Part shown: positions 18,152 to 28,500 of the stretch, one piece after another
Layout: every line of letters begins with the position of its first letter
Numbering within the stretch: the stretch's first letter is position 1
Source of the DNA: Candidatus Latescibacterota bacterium
Lineage (GTDB): Bacteria > Latescibacterota > UBA2968 > UBA8231
Direction: 5' to 3'
Assembly (NCBI GenBank): GCA_965261395.1
Contig: OZ253462.1
Span: 2,400,001-2,464,000, forward strand
Length of the DNA stretch: 64,000 nt
The notes under the pieces: model-generated
Told to the model about the DNA's origin: nothing
What the model saw: only the letters and a program-made list of their open reading frames with translations
The model's database searches: none
Made by a program: the position numbers and the translations under genes

Positions 18152-19029
18152 CTATGGTGATTCAATAGGAAAGGAACGCGTCCGCACATTGACTTCGAGG
18201 CGGGTTCCGCCGCCGCCTTGGAGGACGCCGCGCGTCGGCGACACGTCGCGGTAATCGCGCCCTACTGCGATATGTACTTTCCCCCCTTGCCAGCGAAGCT
18301 CTGGTTGGTCGGATCGAAGCCGATCCAGCCCAGCTCTGGCAGCCGGCTTTCGACCCAGGCGTGCGTGGCATTGTTTAGCGCCTGCTCGCCGGGATCGGTT
18401 GGGTTCAGGTAGCCCGAGACATAGCGGGCGGGGATACCCCAAGAGCGCGCGATAGCGATCATCAGGTGGGCATAATCTTGGCAGACGCCCCGACCGGTTT
18501 CGAGGATGTGCTCGACGGGGGATTCCGCCGAGGTGCTTCCCGGAATGTATTGCAAGCAGGTGTGGAGCGTGTGCGACAGTTGCAGCAGACTTTCGAGCGG
18601 GTCGTCCATAGGCGCGATGTGATGCCGGTCGACGAATGCGGTGAGTGCGGGCGAGGGGCGCACCAATGCGCTCGGGTGCGTGAAGTCCCAATAGACGCAC
18701 GATTCTCCAAGGGAGCGGATCTCTTCCCAGGCACCGGGGTGCAAACGCGCTGGGAGTGGCGGGGCGGACGCGACCTCGACCGTGGCGCGGGTCGTGATTT
18801 CCAAGGTTTGGTGCGCTTGGTGGAGGTCGAGGAGGTGCCGCGTGTTGCCGAAAGAGTCCGTCTCGCGGTTTAGGTTGGCCGGAGGTTGCGTCTCAATCTC
18901 AAAGTCTAGGAGCCGCTGCCCTCGATCTTCGCGCGGCTCCAGACACAGGAGCATCACGCACTGCTGGGCTAGGGCTGTGTAGCAGTAGCGAGAGAGGTGT
19001 TCGATCTCGTAACGGACGGCTCTAGTCAT
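18152..19029 (-). pseudogene. Transglutaminase-family protein, frameshifted near the 3' end (G6 tract, 18281-18286)
   Basis: GVCQDYAH, ARYVSGY, HAWVE, FDPTN; the conserved tail HIAVGRDYRDVSPTRG lies in another frame ending at 18152. Confidence 0.8.
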
Positions 19030-19033
19030 GGCG

Positions 19034-20002
19034 TTAGTGGACTGGAGAGTCTTCGACGGCATAATCGATATACGCCGTGGTCACGAGCGCGTGGAGCTTG
19101 CGGCACTCCTCGCCCACCTGCACGAGAAGTGCTTCCCGATCTTCCCGGTCCGGCCACTCGTAGCGGACTAGGGTACACAGTCGGCCGGCGAGCCGCTCGG
19201 CCGCGGCTCCAGCGTGCGAGTTAGGGCTCGCCCCGATGGCTGCCAGCTCTGCTGCTAGCGCGTCGAGCGCACAGCACAATGAACTGGGCAGCAGAGGGTC
19301 GGTGACTAGCAGGTCCAACACCCGGTCCGGCTGGATTTCGACACTATAGTTGCGTTTGTAAGCGTCGAATGCCTGGCATGAACGCAACAGGCTCGTCCAG
19401 TCCGTGTCCGCGGTCTCGCCCTGCGCACGGCCAGCGGCGAACTGGGCGAGGAGCAATGCGACCAGAAACTGGGCGCGTTCGATGAACTGGCCGAGCCGCA
19501 TGAAGTGCCAGCCCTCGTCGCGGTACATGGTTGCGTCGGCCACCCCGGTGAAGGTGTTGATCTCGCGCGTGGTCTCCGCGTAAAAGCTCTCTGGGGAGAC
19601 CTTCCAGATGTCTTCGATGTCGAGGTCGCGGATGCGCAGCCAAGCCAAATTCAGGCAGGTCCACATTTCGGCGCTGATGCAGTGGCGCACTTGGCGGGCG
19701 TTCTCGCGGCCGAAGGCGAGGTAGTTCCGCACTGAATTGGAGTTGTCGCGCTCAAACGTGAGATCGCCCGCTAGGGTGTAGGAATCGGCCAAGGTGTAGT
19801 CGTCGCTCTCGTTGGTCTCGATATCGCCCCAAGGCGGCTGCTGCCCTAGGGCCGTGTAGATCCGACTCCAGCCGAAGTGAATTTCAGCGATCGGTCGATC
19901 CACCAGCGCTTCCACCTGCAAACGCAGCAGGCCGCACAGATATTTCGTCCGCTCGAGGTAGCGGCCTACCCAGTACAGTCCTTGGGCGCTGCGCGAGAGC
20001 AT
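19034..20002 (-). CDS. Alpha-E domain protein
   Basis: MLSRSAQGLYWVGRYLER, RENARQVR, LGQFIERA (paired ER motifs). Confidence 0.9.
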   Translation of the reverse strand: MLSRSAQGLYWVGRYLERTKYLCGLLRLQVEALVDRPIAEIHFGWSRIYTALGQQPPWGDIETNESDDYTLADSYTLAGDLTFERDNSNSVRNYLAFGRENARQVRHCISAEMWTCLNLAWLRIRDLDIEDIWKVSPESFYAETTREINTFTGVADATMYRDEGWHFMRLGQFIERAQFLVALLLAQFAAGRAQGETADTDWTSLLRSCQAFDAYKRNYSVEIQPDRVLDLLVTDPLLPSSLCCALDALAAELAAIGASPNSHAGAAAERLAGRLCTLVRYEWPDREDREALLVQVGEECRKLHALVTTAYIDYAVEDSPVH

Positions 20003-21431
20003 TCAGTCCTCCAGCACCCAGAGGTCCTTGCCGCCGCCTTGGCTGGAATTGACCACGAGGCTGCCCCGACGTAGCGCCACGCGGCAAAAGGCCCCGGGCA
20101 CGATGCGGGTCTCGCGGCCGTGGAGGACAAAAGGACGCAGATCAACGTGGCGCGGCGCGGCCCTCAATGAAGCAGGGCGCGCTTGAGAGCGCGAGCACCG
20201 GCTGAGAAATAAAATCGGCTGGGTTGGCGCGAAGCTCCTCGGCGTAGGCTGCGCGCTCTGCGGGCGTTGCGTGCGGACCGATGAGCATACCGTAGCCGCC
20301 GGATTCGCCCACGCGCTTCACTACTAGGTTTTCGAGGTTGTCGAGGGTGTAATCTAGATCCTCCGGCCGTCGGCACAGGTGGGTCTGCACGTTGGCGAGG
20401 ATTGGCTCTTCGCCTAGATAGTAGCGGATCATGTCGGGGACGTAGGCATAGACACTCTTGTCATCGGCCACGCCCGTCCCCGGTGCGTTTGCCAAAGCTA
20501 CGTGCCCGAGCTTAAAGGCGTGCAGCAGCCCAGGCACCCCGAGTAGGGAGTCGGGGCGGAAGACGAGGGGGTCGAGGAAGTCGTCGTCCACCCGGCGGTA
20601 GATCACATCGACGCGCCGTAGTCCCGTGGTGGTGCGCATGTACACGAAGCCGTCCTTGACTAGCAGGTCGCGGCCTTCCACGAGTGATGCGCCAATCTCA
20701 TGCGCTAGGAACATATGTTCGTAAAAGGCTGAGTTATAGACTCCGGGCGTGAGCAGGACGATGCAGGGGTCGGTGCATCCATTGGGGGCGAGGTCGCGCA
20801 AGGTCTGGAGTAGCACCTGCCCGTAGTGCTCTACCTCTCGCACTCGGCAGCTCCGGTAGAGGCGACGCAAGCTGGTCTTCACCACCTTGCGGTTGGCGAT
20901 CATATAGGACACGCCCGAGGGCACTCGTAGGTTGTCCTCAAGCACCACGAAGCCGTCGTCTTGGGTGCGCACTAGGTCGGTGCCGCAGATGGCGACCCAC
21001 GTGCCGTGGGGGACGGAGACGCCGCGCATCTCGATGAGGTACTGGGGACAGCCGCGCACTACGTCGGCCGGGATCACGCCATCGGCGATGATGCGGGCTT
21101 CGCCGTACACGTCCTCTAGGAAGCGGTTCAGGGCAGCGATGCGCTGGGTGAGGCCGCTTTCGAGATGTTGCCACTCGGCAGCCGAGAGGAGCCGGGGCAC
21201 GCAGTCGATGGGAATGATGCGCTCGTCGGCCTCGTCGTCGTCATAGACGGTGAAGGTGATGCCTTCGGTAGAGAAGGAGTGCGTTACTCGCTCTTGGATT
21301 GCGCCGATTTCCTCGTCTGAGAGCCGGCACAAGGTGTCGTATAATTCGCGGCAGTGTGGGCGGGGCGTGCCGTCGGGCAGGAACATCTCATCGTAGGTTG
21401 CAGCATTGAGATCGTAGGCGTCGAAGTGCAT
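20003..21431 (-). pseudogene. Circularly permuted type 2 ATP-grasp protein, frameshifted at about 20160
   Basis: VLEDNLRVPSGVSY, IYRRVDDDFLDP, ESGGYG; conserved tail PRHVDLRPF...[27 protein letters not shown] is in another frame and abuts the alpha-E ATG. Confidence 0.85.
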
Positions 21432-21648
21432 GGGACGACTTTCCGATCGAGGGCCTTGCGGCTTGGGACGGGTTGCGAGGGCACGGCCGGAGGAGGGTAA
21501 TCCCGGCCGACCTCACATTTAGGTGAAATATATACTATTTACCTGTAGAAAAACAGATAAATCCCTCCTATGTGACGAGGAGCATCTTGCGCCCGTGGAC
21601 GACCGGACCGGCCTACAATTGGACTACGTGTAGCCCCTCAGGATCGCC

Positions 21649-22902
21649 TCATTCCGCCGTCATCACTGGCGACTCGGCGGCGCGGGCATGGAGATCGGCG
21701 AATTCGGCGCTGCCGTCGTCGTCGAGTAGCTCGGTGCTCGATCCCCATTCGTCAACGGGGTGGTTGCCGCCTTGGAAGAAGGTCCACTTCTGTCCCGAGT
21801 TGGCAAAGTAGATGTTGATGCCGCCGGCGCGGGTGACCTTGACCAGTCGTTTGGGCAGGCTGTGATCGGCTTGATCGACGCGGTACTTTGCCAGCGCCTC
21901 TTCGTCGATTTCAATGCCCAAGCCCGGCGCTTCGGGCACTCGGGCGTGGCCGCCGATGACCTCGATCCGCTGTTTGAGCAGGCTGTGCTCGTACAGCTCG
22001 TGGCAGGTGATGGTCGGCCACTGGGCTTGGACTAGCACCGCGCTCAAGTGCAGCGAAAGTGCGGTGGTTGGCCCGGCACCGACCATTTGCAGGAAGAAAG
22101 GCATGCGCAGTGCCGCGCAAGTGCTGCCTTGGCTGGTGATCTCGTTGACGCCGCCGCCCAAGATCCAGCCGTCGCAGACGCCGCCTAGCTCCAGGGCCTC
22201 GCGGGGGTGGATCACGCCGTAGTGGTGGGCGATGGCCGTTTTGATCTGGGTGCGCAGGAAGCGGTTGCCGGAGGCGTCGTGGCGCGGGATTGGGTCTTCG
22301 AAAATTTTGATTTTGGGGAAGGTCTGCTCCAGCTCGCGCAGCAAGGGGATGGCATTGGAGGCGTTGTTCAAAAAGGCGTTCCAGTCGGCGTCGATGCGAA
22401 AGTGGTCGGGAGTGACGGCGCTGATTTGGCGGATGGTCTCGCGGACATCGAACCACGGTCGGGTCTTGATTTTTATGGAGGTATAGCCGAGTTCAACCGC
22501 GGTTTGCGCCTCAATGGCGTAGCGCTCCGGCGACATATCGTGATCCCAAAACGAAATGGCGCACCAGTCGCGGCACTTGGTGCCCAATAGCTTATAAAGC
22601 GGCACGCCGGCCAGTTTGCCCGCGGCGTCGAAGAGGGCCATCTGTAGGCCGGCGCCCAAGGAGTCGTCCCACATGATGGCAAAGGGCGATTGACCGAGGA
22701 CGCGCTCGTGGGTTTGGACGCGGCCCCAAGTATAGTTCTGAATGGTCTCGCCCCAGCCGACGACGCCGGCGTCGGTTTCGACGCGGGTGATTTCAAGCTC
22801 GGACCAGGTGTGGATGCCAGCGCGTTCCATCTCGCGGCGGATGCGCTCGACAAACGGCACCTGTAGGGTGAAGCGTTCGACGTGGGTAATTTTGGCAGTC
22901 AT
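21649..22902 (-). CDS. Mandelate racemase/muconate lactonizing (enolase-superfamily) enzyme
   Basis: GWGET, MALFDAAGK, KIK, RIDADWN, FEDP, PEAPGLGIE. Confidence 0.85.
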   Translation of the reverse strand: MTAKITHVERFTLQVPFVERIRREMERAGIHTWSELEITRVETDAGVVGWGETIQNYTWGRVQTHERVLGQSPFAIMWDDSLGAGLQMALFDAAGKLAGVPLYKLLGTKCRDWCAISFWDHDMSPERYAIEAQTAVELGYTSIKIKTRPWFDVRETIRQISAVTPDHFRIDADWNAFLNNASNAIPLLRELEQTFPKIKIFEDPIPRHDASGNRFLRTQIKTAIAHHYGVIHPREALELGGVCDGWILGGGVNEITSQGSTCAALRMPFFLQMVGAGPTTALSLHLSAVLVQAQWPTITCHELYEHSLLKQRIEVIGGHARVPEAPGLGIEIDEEALAKYRVDQADHSLPKRLVKVTRAGGINIYFANSGQKWTFFQGGNHPVDEWGSSTELLDDDGSAEFADLHARAAESPVMTAE

Positions 22903-23060
22903 GGGTGGGTTTCCTTGGTGTGGGGTGATATGAGGCAGGTAGTGTCGAATAGGGTAGCGGAGGTGTCAAGGCCGACGCCCCGGCACAAGTGCGGTCTCGC
23001 TTGACGGACCAAGTGCTCCTCCCTTAATTCCCCCCCCTCACATTGCCAAAGGAAGGCCCT

Positions 23061-24020
23061 ATGTCTGCTACTAGTTGGCGGGATCACCCGTGGACGGGTG
23101 TGTTTCCCGCGACGTTGTGCCCCTTCCACGCCGACGAGTCGATTGACGAAGAAGGGCTGCGGGACTATATCGCCGAATTAGCCGCGGTCGATGGCGTCGA
23201 TGGATTGACCTGCAATGGCCACACCGGCGAGATCATGTCGCTGCGTGCGGCCGAGCGCAATCGGGTGACGCAGCTTGTGGCCGAGACGGTCAAAGCTTCC
23301 GGGCACGCGGTGAAGACGATCTCGGGCGTGTCGGTCGAGGGCAGCTTGGAGGGGATTGACCACGCGCTGGCGGCCAAGGAAGCCGGGGCCGATGCGATCT
23401 TGTTGATGCCGCCGCACCACTGGTTGCGCTTTGGCCGATCGAGCCAGACGGCAGTGGGCTTTTTTGAGGATGTAGCCTCGGCCGGGATCGACATTGTGGT
23501 GCATCAGTATCCGGCGTGGACCAAGGCTGGCTATACGCTCGACGAGATGAAGGCGCTCGTGCAGATCCCTAGGGTCAAGTGCATCAAGATGGGCACCCGC
23601 GATATGAGCCGCTGGCTCTACGACTATCAGGAATTGAAAAAGGTCAACGCCGACGTGCCGATCATCACCTGCCACGACGAGTTTTTACTCCCCAGCTTGC
23701 TGGAGGCGGCCGATGGGGCGCTGGTCGGCTTTGCCGGTTTTGTGCCCGAGCTGATCGTCGAGCTGGTGCAGCGGGCGTTGGACGGGGATTTGGCCGGGGC
23801 GAAAGAGGTGCAGAAAAAGGTCGAGCCGCTCAATCGCATCGTCTATGCTTTTGGCGAGCCGTCGTCGAGCGCGCATCAGCGCATGAAGTGCGCCCGCTGG
23901 CTGCTGGGCAAGTTCCCCTCGCCCAAGATGCGGCGGCCCTTGCGGGACTTAGCACCGGCGGAGATCGCGGGCATTCGGCAGGGGTTGGAAGTGCTTGGCT
24001 ACGAGTGCGTGCGCAAATAA
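23061..24020 (+). CDS. DHDPS/NAL-family aldolase or dehydratase
   Basis: GVFPA..PF, NGHTGE, AGADAILLMPP, Schiff-base Lys in CIKMG. Confidence 0.85.
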   Translation: MSATSWRDHPWTGVFPATLCPFHADESIDEEGLRDYIAELAAVDGVDGLTCNGHTGEIMSLRAAERNRVTQLVAETVKASGHAVKTISGVSVEGSLEGIDHALAAKEAGADAILLMPPHHWLRFGRSSQTAVGFFEDVASAGIDIVVHQYPAWTKAGYTLDEMKALVQIPRVKCIKMGTRDMSRWLYDYQELKKVNADVPIITCHDEFLLPSLLEAADGALVGFAGFVPELIVELVQRALDGDLAGAKEVQKKVEPLNRIVYAFGEPSSSAHQRMKCARWLLGKFPSPKMRRPLRDLAPAEIAGIRQGLEVLGYECVRK

Positions 24021-24035
24021 AAGAGCAGGTCTGTC

Positions 24036-25316
24036 ATGGAAGTTCCCAAGTTAGATGATCCGGTAAAAGTCGCCCTGATCGGCACGGGCAATCGCGCCAG
24101 CACCATCTATCAGCCCTTGCTGCCGTCGCTTAAAGACTGGGTCGAGGTGGTGGCCTGCGTCGATCCGGTCCAGGAGTATTGCGACCGGGCGGCAGCAGCC
24201 CTCGGCGCGCGGGCTTATTACGATGTGCGCGAGTTGGTCAAGGACGGAATCGCCGAGGCGGCATTGGTCGTAACGCCGGTGCCCTCGCACTACGCCTATT
24301 CGATATATCTGTCGAGCCACGGCATCCACAACATGTGCGAGACGACTTGGTGCAGCTTGGTGGCGCAGGCGCGGGAGATGATCCGGGTGGCGCGGGAGCA
24401 GGAGGTGGTGGTGCGAGTGGCGGAAAACTTCTTCCGCTTTGCCTGCGACCGCTTCGCGCAAACCGTAAAGGACAGCGGGTTTATCGGTCGCATCGGCCGC
24501 ATCTTCAGCTACGCCGACCACACTGGGTATCACAACAACTCGCGCTGGGTGCGGTTTTTTGGGCATCCGGTATGGGCGCAGGCCATCGGGCATTCGATAG
24601 AGACGCCGTCCTTCCGCTCCATGCCGCACCGCTTTCACTCCGGCGAGCACTTCAAGGCGCATTACTTCGGCTTTGCGGGAGGAGAGATGGTCGCCGATCA
24701 GCTTGCCAATGGCAAAGGCTGGTTGGGGCGGCATCCACGGCCTGGGTACACCGAATGGCAGGGCGAGCGGGGGACACTGCTCTACCGGGCGCAGGATCCG
24801 GGGGTGGGAGCGAGCACAAGGGGCTTTACGCTTGCCAAGATGCAGCTTAGGCGCTGTTCGGATGCCGGGGTTGACCACGAGCACGGGGTGGAGACGATCC
24901 GCTCGATTGCCGACGAGATCGTCGATGTCATTGACGAGGACGACGGCTATAGCTGGACCCGGAGCTATGCCGACACTAGCACGGGCCGGATCGAATACGA
25001 AAATCCCTTCCGCACCCGTGAGTTTGCGAATCTGCGCAAGGACTACGGCGCGTCGGCCATGAGCCATATCGCCGACTTTGCGCTCGCCGTGCGGGGGGTG
25101 CAGCCAAGCGAGTTCGACGACGAAGACGCGTTGATGTCGCTGGTGATGAATGTGGCCTGCGATTTGTCGGCGGGGAATCAGGGGCAGCGGGTGGCTCTGC
25201 CATTGGCCGACGAGGCGGCCGCGGATGCTCCGCTGCACCAGCATCTCACCAAACAATACGGCATCGATCCCATGGATGTAGAGGGCATGATGTCGGTCAA
25301 CTACGCCCAGCCCTGA
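24036..25316 (+). CDS. Gfo/Idh/MocA-family oxidoreductase
   Basis: VKVALIGTGNRA, VVTPVPSH, VAENF; CET replaces the usual EKP. Confidence 0.75.
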   Translation: MEVPKLDDPVKVALIGTGNRASTIYQPLLPSLKDWVEVVACVDPVQEYCDRAAAALGARAYYDVRELVKDGIAEAALVVTPVPSHYAYSIYLSSHGIHNMCETTWCSLVAQAREMIRVAREQEVVVRVAENFFRFACDRFAQTVKDSGFIGRIGRIFSYADHTGYHNNSRWVRFFGHPVWAQAIGHSIETPSFRSMPHRFHSGEHFKAHYFGFAGGEMVADQLANGKGWLGRHPRPGYTEWQGERGTLLYRAQDPGVGASTRGFTLAKMQLRRCSDAGVDHEHGVETIRSIADEIVDVIDEDDGYSWTRSYADTSTGRIEYENPFRTREFANLRKDYGASAMSHIADFALAVRGVQPSEFDDEDALMSLVMNVACDLSAGNQGQRVALPLADEAAADAPLHQHLTKQYGIDPMDVEGMMSVNYAQP

Positions 25317-25317
25317 C

Positions 25318-26409
25318 GTGGGACGGGGCACGCTTTATCCGCCCGAGTCGCGGACTTTGCGCGACGCACAGACGGGTGCCGAAATCCGCCAGATTACGGC
25401 GCACCCGTCGATCCACCACCATCCGTTCTATTATATTCCCGCGTACGACGACGCGATGCGGCATCTGGTGTTTGTCTCGCACCGCACGGGCCGTCCAGAA
25501 CTTTTTCTGGAATTGCGCGATTCCGGGCAGTTGCTGCAACTAACCGAGCACGAGGGGCTGGCCGAGTTTTCGATCGCGCCGTCGCACGATGGCCGCTATG
25601 TCTATTTCACCGACGGGCAAGGGGCTTGGCGGGTGGATACCGAGACCTGCGAGGAAGAGCAGTTGGCTTCTTTTGCCACGGTTGCCATGCGCGAAAAAGG
25701 CATGGTCGCAGCGGCGATGGGGACGACGGCACTTAGTTATGACGATGCGTGGTGGGCGGTGCCGGTGAAGATGGGTGCTGTGGCGCGCTTGGTGGTGATT
25801 GATACCCGTAGCGGTGCTAGTGAAGTGATTGTAGAGCGGGATTCGATTGGCCATCCAGAGTTTCATCCCAATGACAGTTCGCTGTTGCGCTATGCTGGGC
25901 CGTATTACGAGCGGATGTGGGTGATAAATCGGGATGGCAACAACCATCGGCTGGCGTATAGGCGCGAGGGCAACGAGTGGATCGTCCACGAGACTTGGCA
26001 TCCGCACAAGCGGGAGCTGCTGACGACGCGCTGGCCGCACGGGGTGATCGGCGTCGATGTCGATAGCGGGGCCGTGCGCCCGGTCTGTTCGTTCAACGCT
26101 TGGCATCCGATGGTCAGCCGCGACGGCGCGCGGATGGTGGCGGATACGACGTTTCCCGATAGCGGATTGCAGGTGTTTGATCCCAACGACGGCGTTGGCA
26201 CGCCGCAATTGCTCTGCCTGTCGGAGTCGAGCAACGAGGGCAAACATTGGAATATTGACCACTGTCCGTACGACGACGGTCCGGTCGAGGTTTATGCGCC
26301 GCAGCACACGCATCCGCACCCGAACTTTTCGCCGGATGGGTGCTACGTGGTTTTTGCATCGGATCGGAGCGGTTGGGCGCAGATATACGAGTGTAAGATT
26401 GAGATTTAA
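25318..26409 (+). CDS. Oligogalacturonate lyase-family beta-propeller
   Basis: DAQTGAEIRQIT, HHPFYY, VHETW, HPHPNFSPDG..VVFASDRSG. Confidence 0.75.
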   Translation: MGRGTLYPPESRTLRDAQTGAEIRQITAHPSIHHHPFYYIPAYDDAMRHLVFVSHRTGRPELFLELRDSGQLLQLTEHEGLAEFSIAPSHDGRYVYFTDGQGAWRVDTETCEEEQLASFATVAMREKGMVAAAMGTTALSYDDAWWAVPVKMGAVARLVVIDTRSGASEVIVERDSIGHPEFHPNDSSLLRYAGPYYERMWVINRDGNNHRLAYRREGNEWIVHETWHPHKRELLTTRWPHGVIGVDVDSGAVRPVCSFNAWHPMVSRDGARMVADTTFPDSGLQVFDPNDGVGTPQLLCLSESSNEGKHWNIDHCPYDDGPVEVYAPQHTHPHPNFSPDGCYVVFASDRSGWAQIYECKIEI

Positions 26410-26430
26410 CCACTAAATAGAGGAAGGATT

Positions 26431-27327
26431 ATGCTACCTATCGTCGATACGCATCAACACATGTGGGATTTGGCGCAGTTCGCGCTGCCGTGGCTGGAGG
26501 GTGAGGGCATAGAGCCGCTGCGGAAAAATTACTTGATGAGCGATTACTTGGCGGCGGCCGCAGGAGCCGGCATTGCCCGCACCGTCTATATGGAAGTGGA
26601 TGTCGCCGCTGCGCAGCGCATTGCGGAGGCGGAGTTTGTGGCCGGCCTGTGTAGGGCCGACGACAACCTAATGGCCGCGGCGGTGATCGGAGGCAGTCCG
26701 GGGGAGGAAAGTTTCCGCGCCTATATCGATCGCTTTAAGGGCAATGATTTCATTAGGGGCGTGCGGCAGGTGTTGCACGTGCCCGCCGCCGAGCCGGGCC
26801 GTTGTCTGCAGGAAAGTTTCGTCCGCGACGTGCAGTACCTGGGCGAGATCGGCCTAAGTTTCGATCTGTGCCTGCGACCGAGCGAGTTGGGAGACGCGGT
26901 CGGCTTGGTGGATCAGTGTCTGGGTACGCGCTTCATCGTCGATCACTGCGGCAATGCCGACCCGCAGATCGTCAACGGCGCGGCTGAGCACGATCCGGCC
27001 AACCCCTTTAGCCACACCAAAGAGCAATGGCAGCGCGACATGGCCGCACTGGGCGCACGAGAGCACGTAGTCTGCAAAGTATCCGGGATCATCGCCCGGG
27101 CACCCGCAGGGTGGAGCGCCGACACGCTGGCACCGACGGTCAATCACTGCTTGGACAGCTTTGGGCCGGACCGGGTGGTGTTCGGCGGCGATTGGCCGGT
27201 GTGCAACTTCGGGGCGAGTTTGGGCGCGTGGGTGGCTGCGCTGCGAGAAATCGTCTCCGGGAGACCGGAGGAAGAGCAGGCCAAATTGCTCGCTGGCAAT
27301 GCCGAGTGGCTCTACGGATTGGAGTGA
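26431..27327 (+). CDS. Amidohydrolase (sugar-lactonase-like)
   Basis: IVDTHQHMWD, VDHCG, CKVSG, FGPDRVVFGGDWPV. Confidence 0.85.
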   Translation: MLPIVDTHQHMWDLAQFALPWLEGEGIEPLRKNYLMSDYLAAAAGAGIARTVYMEVDVAAAQRIAEAEFVAGLCRADDNLMAAAVIGGSPGEESFRAYIDRFKGNDFIRGVRQVLHVPAAEPGRCLQESFVRDVQYLGEIGLSFDLCLRPSELGDAVGLVDQCLGTRFIVDHCGNADPQIVNGAAEHDPANPFSHTKEQWQRDMAALGAREHVVCKVSGIIARAPAGWSADTLAPTVNHCLDSFGPDRVVFGGDWPVCNFGASLGAWVAALREIVSGRPEEEQAKLLAGNAEWLYGLE

Positions 27328-27329
27328 GT

Positions 27330-28343
27330 ATGGACCCTTTTGAAAAAGTAGCGATTGGCGATACGGGCGTGGAGGTGACACGGCTGGGGTTGGGCGGCGC
27401 GCCGTTGGGCGGGATGATCTTGGCCGACGGGATTTTTGAGGGTAGCGGGTACGACGAGGCATTGGCCATCATCCGCCGGGCCTATGAAATGGGCGTGCGC
27501 TATTTCGATACCGCGCCGATGTACGGCGACGGGCGCAGCGAGGTGCGCTACGGGCGGGTGCTGGGCGAGTTCCCGCGCGAGTCTTTCGCCATCTCGACCA
27601 AGGGATCACGGGTGTTGCGGCCTGTAGACCCGGACGACTTGGCACCCTACAGCGAGGACAGGATCCCGCACTATACCTACGATTTCGATTTCAGCGCCGA
27701 GGGCTTGCGGGCCTCGCTCGATTCGAGCTTGGAACGGCTGGGCTTGGCGGCGGTGGATATTTTCTTTGTCCACGACAGCGACTTCAAGGGGCAGCACACC
27801 GACGAGGAATTTATCGAAGCACTAGAGGCGGCGGTCGAATTGCGTGCAGCGGGTACGGTCAAGGCCATCGGCATGGGCATGAACGAGTGGGAGCGCACCG
27901 GGCGGATGGTCGAGCGCTTTGATCTGGATTACATCCTCTTGGCCGGGCGCTACACGCTGCTGGACCAGTCGGCGCTGCCCGAGTTTTTGCCGCTGTGCGT
28001 AGAGCGCGGAGTGAAGCTGACCATGGGCGGGCCGTACAACAGCGGCATCCTCGCCCGCGATTTGAGCCAGCCGGTTTCTTTTGATTACCAGCCCGCGCCC
28101 GCGCATCTGGTGCAACAGGCCCAGGCGCTCAAGGCGATCTGCGACCGGCACGGCGTTGAGCTACGGGCGGCGGCATTGCAATTTCCCTTTGGGCACGAGG
28201 CGGTGATTTCGGCGGTGCCTGGCGCGGCGTCCGTGGCCGAGTTAGAGGACAACGCGCGCGTGATGCAGGCGGAGATTCCGCCGGCTCTGTGGGACGAGTT
28301 CAAGGCCGAGGGGTTGTTGCCAGAGGGGGCACCGACGCCGTAA
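27330..28343 (+). CDS. Aldo/keto reductase (D-threo-aldose/L-fucose dehydrogenase-like)
   Basis: LGLGGAPLG, FDTAPMYG, STKG, LLAGRYTLLDQ, YNSGILA. Confidence 0.85.
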   Translation: MDPFEKVAIGDTGVEVTRLGLGGAPLGGMILADGIFEGSGYDEALAIIRRAYEMGVRYFDTAPMYGDGRSEVRYGRVLGEFPRESFAISTKGSRVLRPVDPDDLAPYSEDRIPHYTYDFDFSAEGLRASLDSSLERLGLAAVDIFFVHDSDFKGQHTDEEFIEALEAAVELRAAGTVKAIGMGMNEWERTGRMVERFDLDYILLAGRYTLLDQSALPEFLPLCVERGVKLTMGGPYNSGILARDLSQPVSFDYQPAPAHLVQQAQALKAICDRHGVELRAAALQFPFGHEAVISAVPGAASVAELEDNARVMQAEIPPALWDEFKAEGLLPEGAPTP

Positions 28344-28500
28344 GAAAAGGACAGGGGTATCGGGGTCGGCTCCAGCGAAAAGCGCGCGATTGTCTTCGGC
28401 GCGGCTATTTAATATTCGAATTTCAAATTATATCTGATCGCTCTAGGCCAGATAGCCTTTGACCTTTCGGGCAAGGGTTATCTGGTCTTTCTTTACGGCT

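Noticed and set aside
24051-25331. 426-aa antisense ORF mirroring the oxidoreductase
   Set aside because: No recognisable motifs; typical stop-free antisense shadow of a GC-rich gene.
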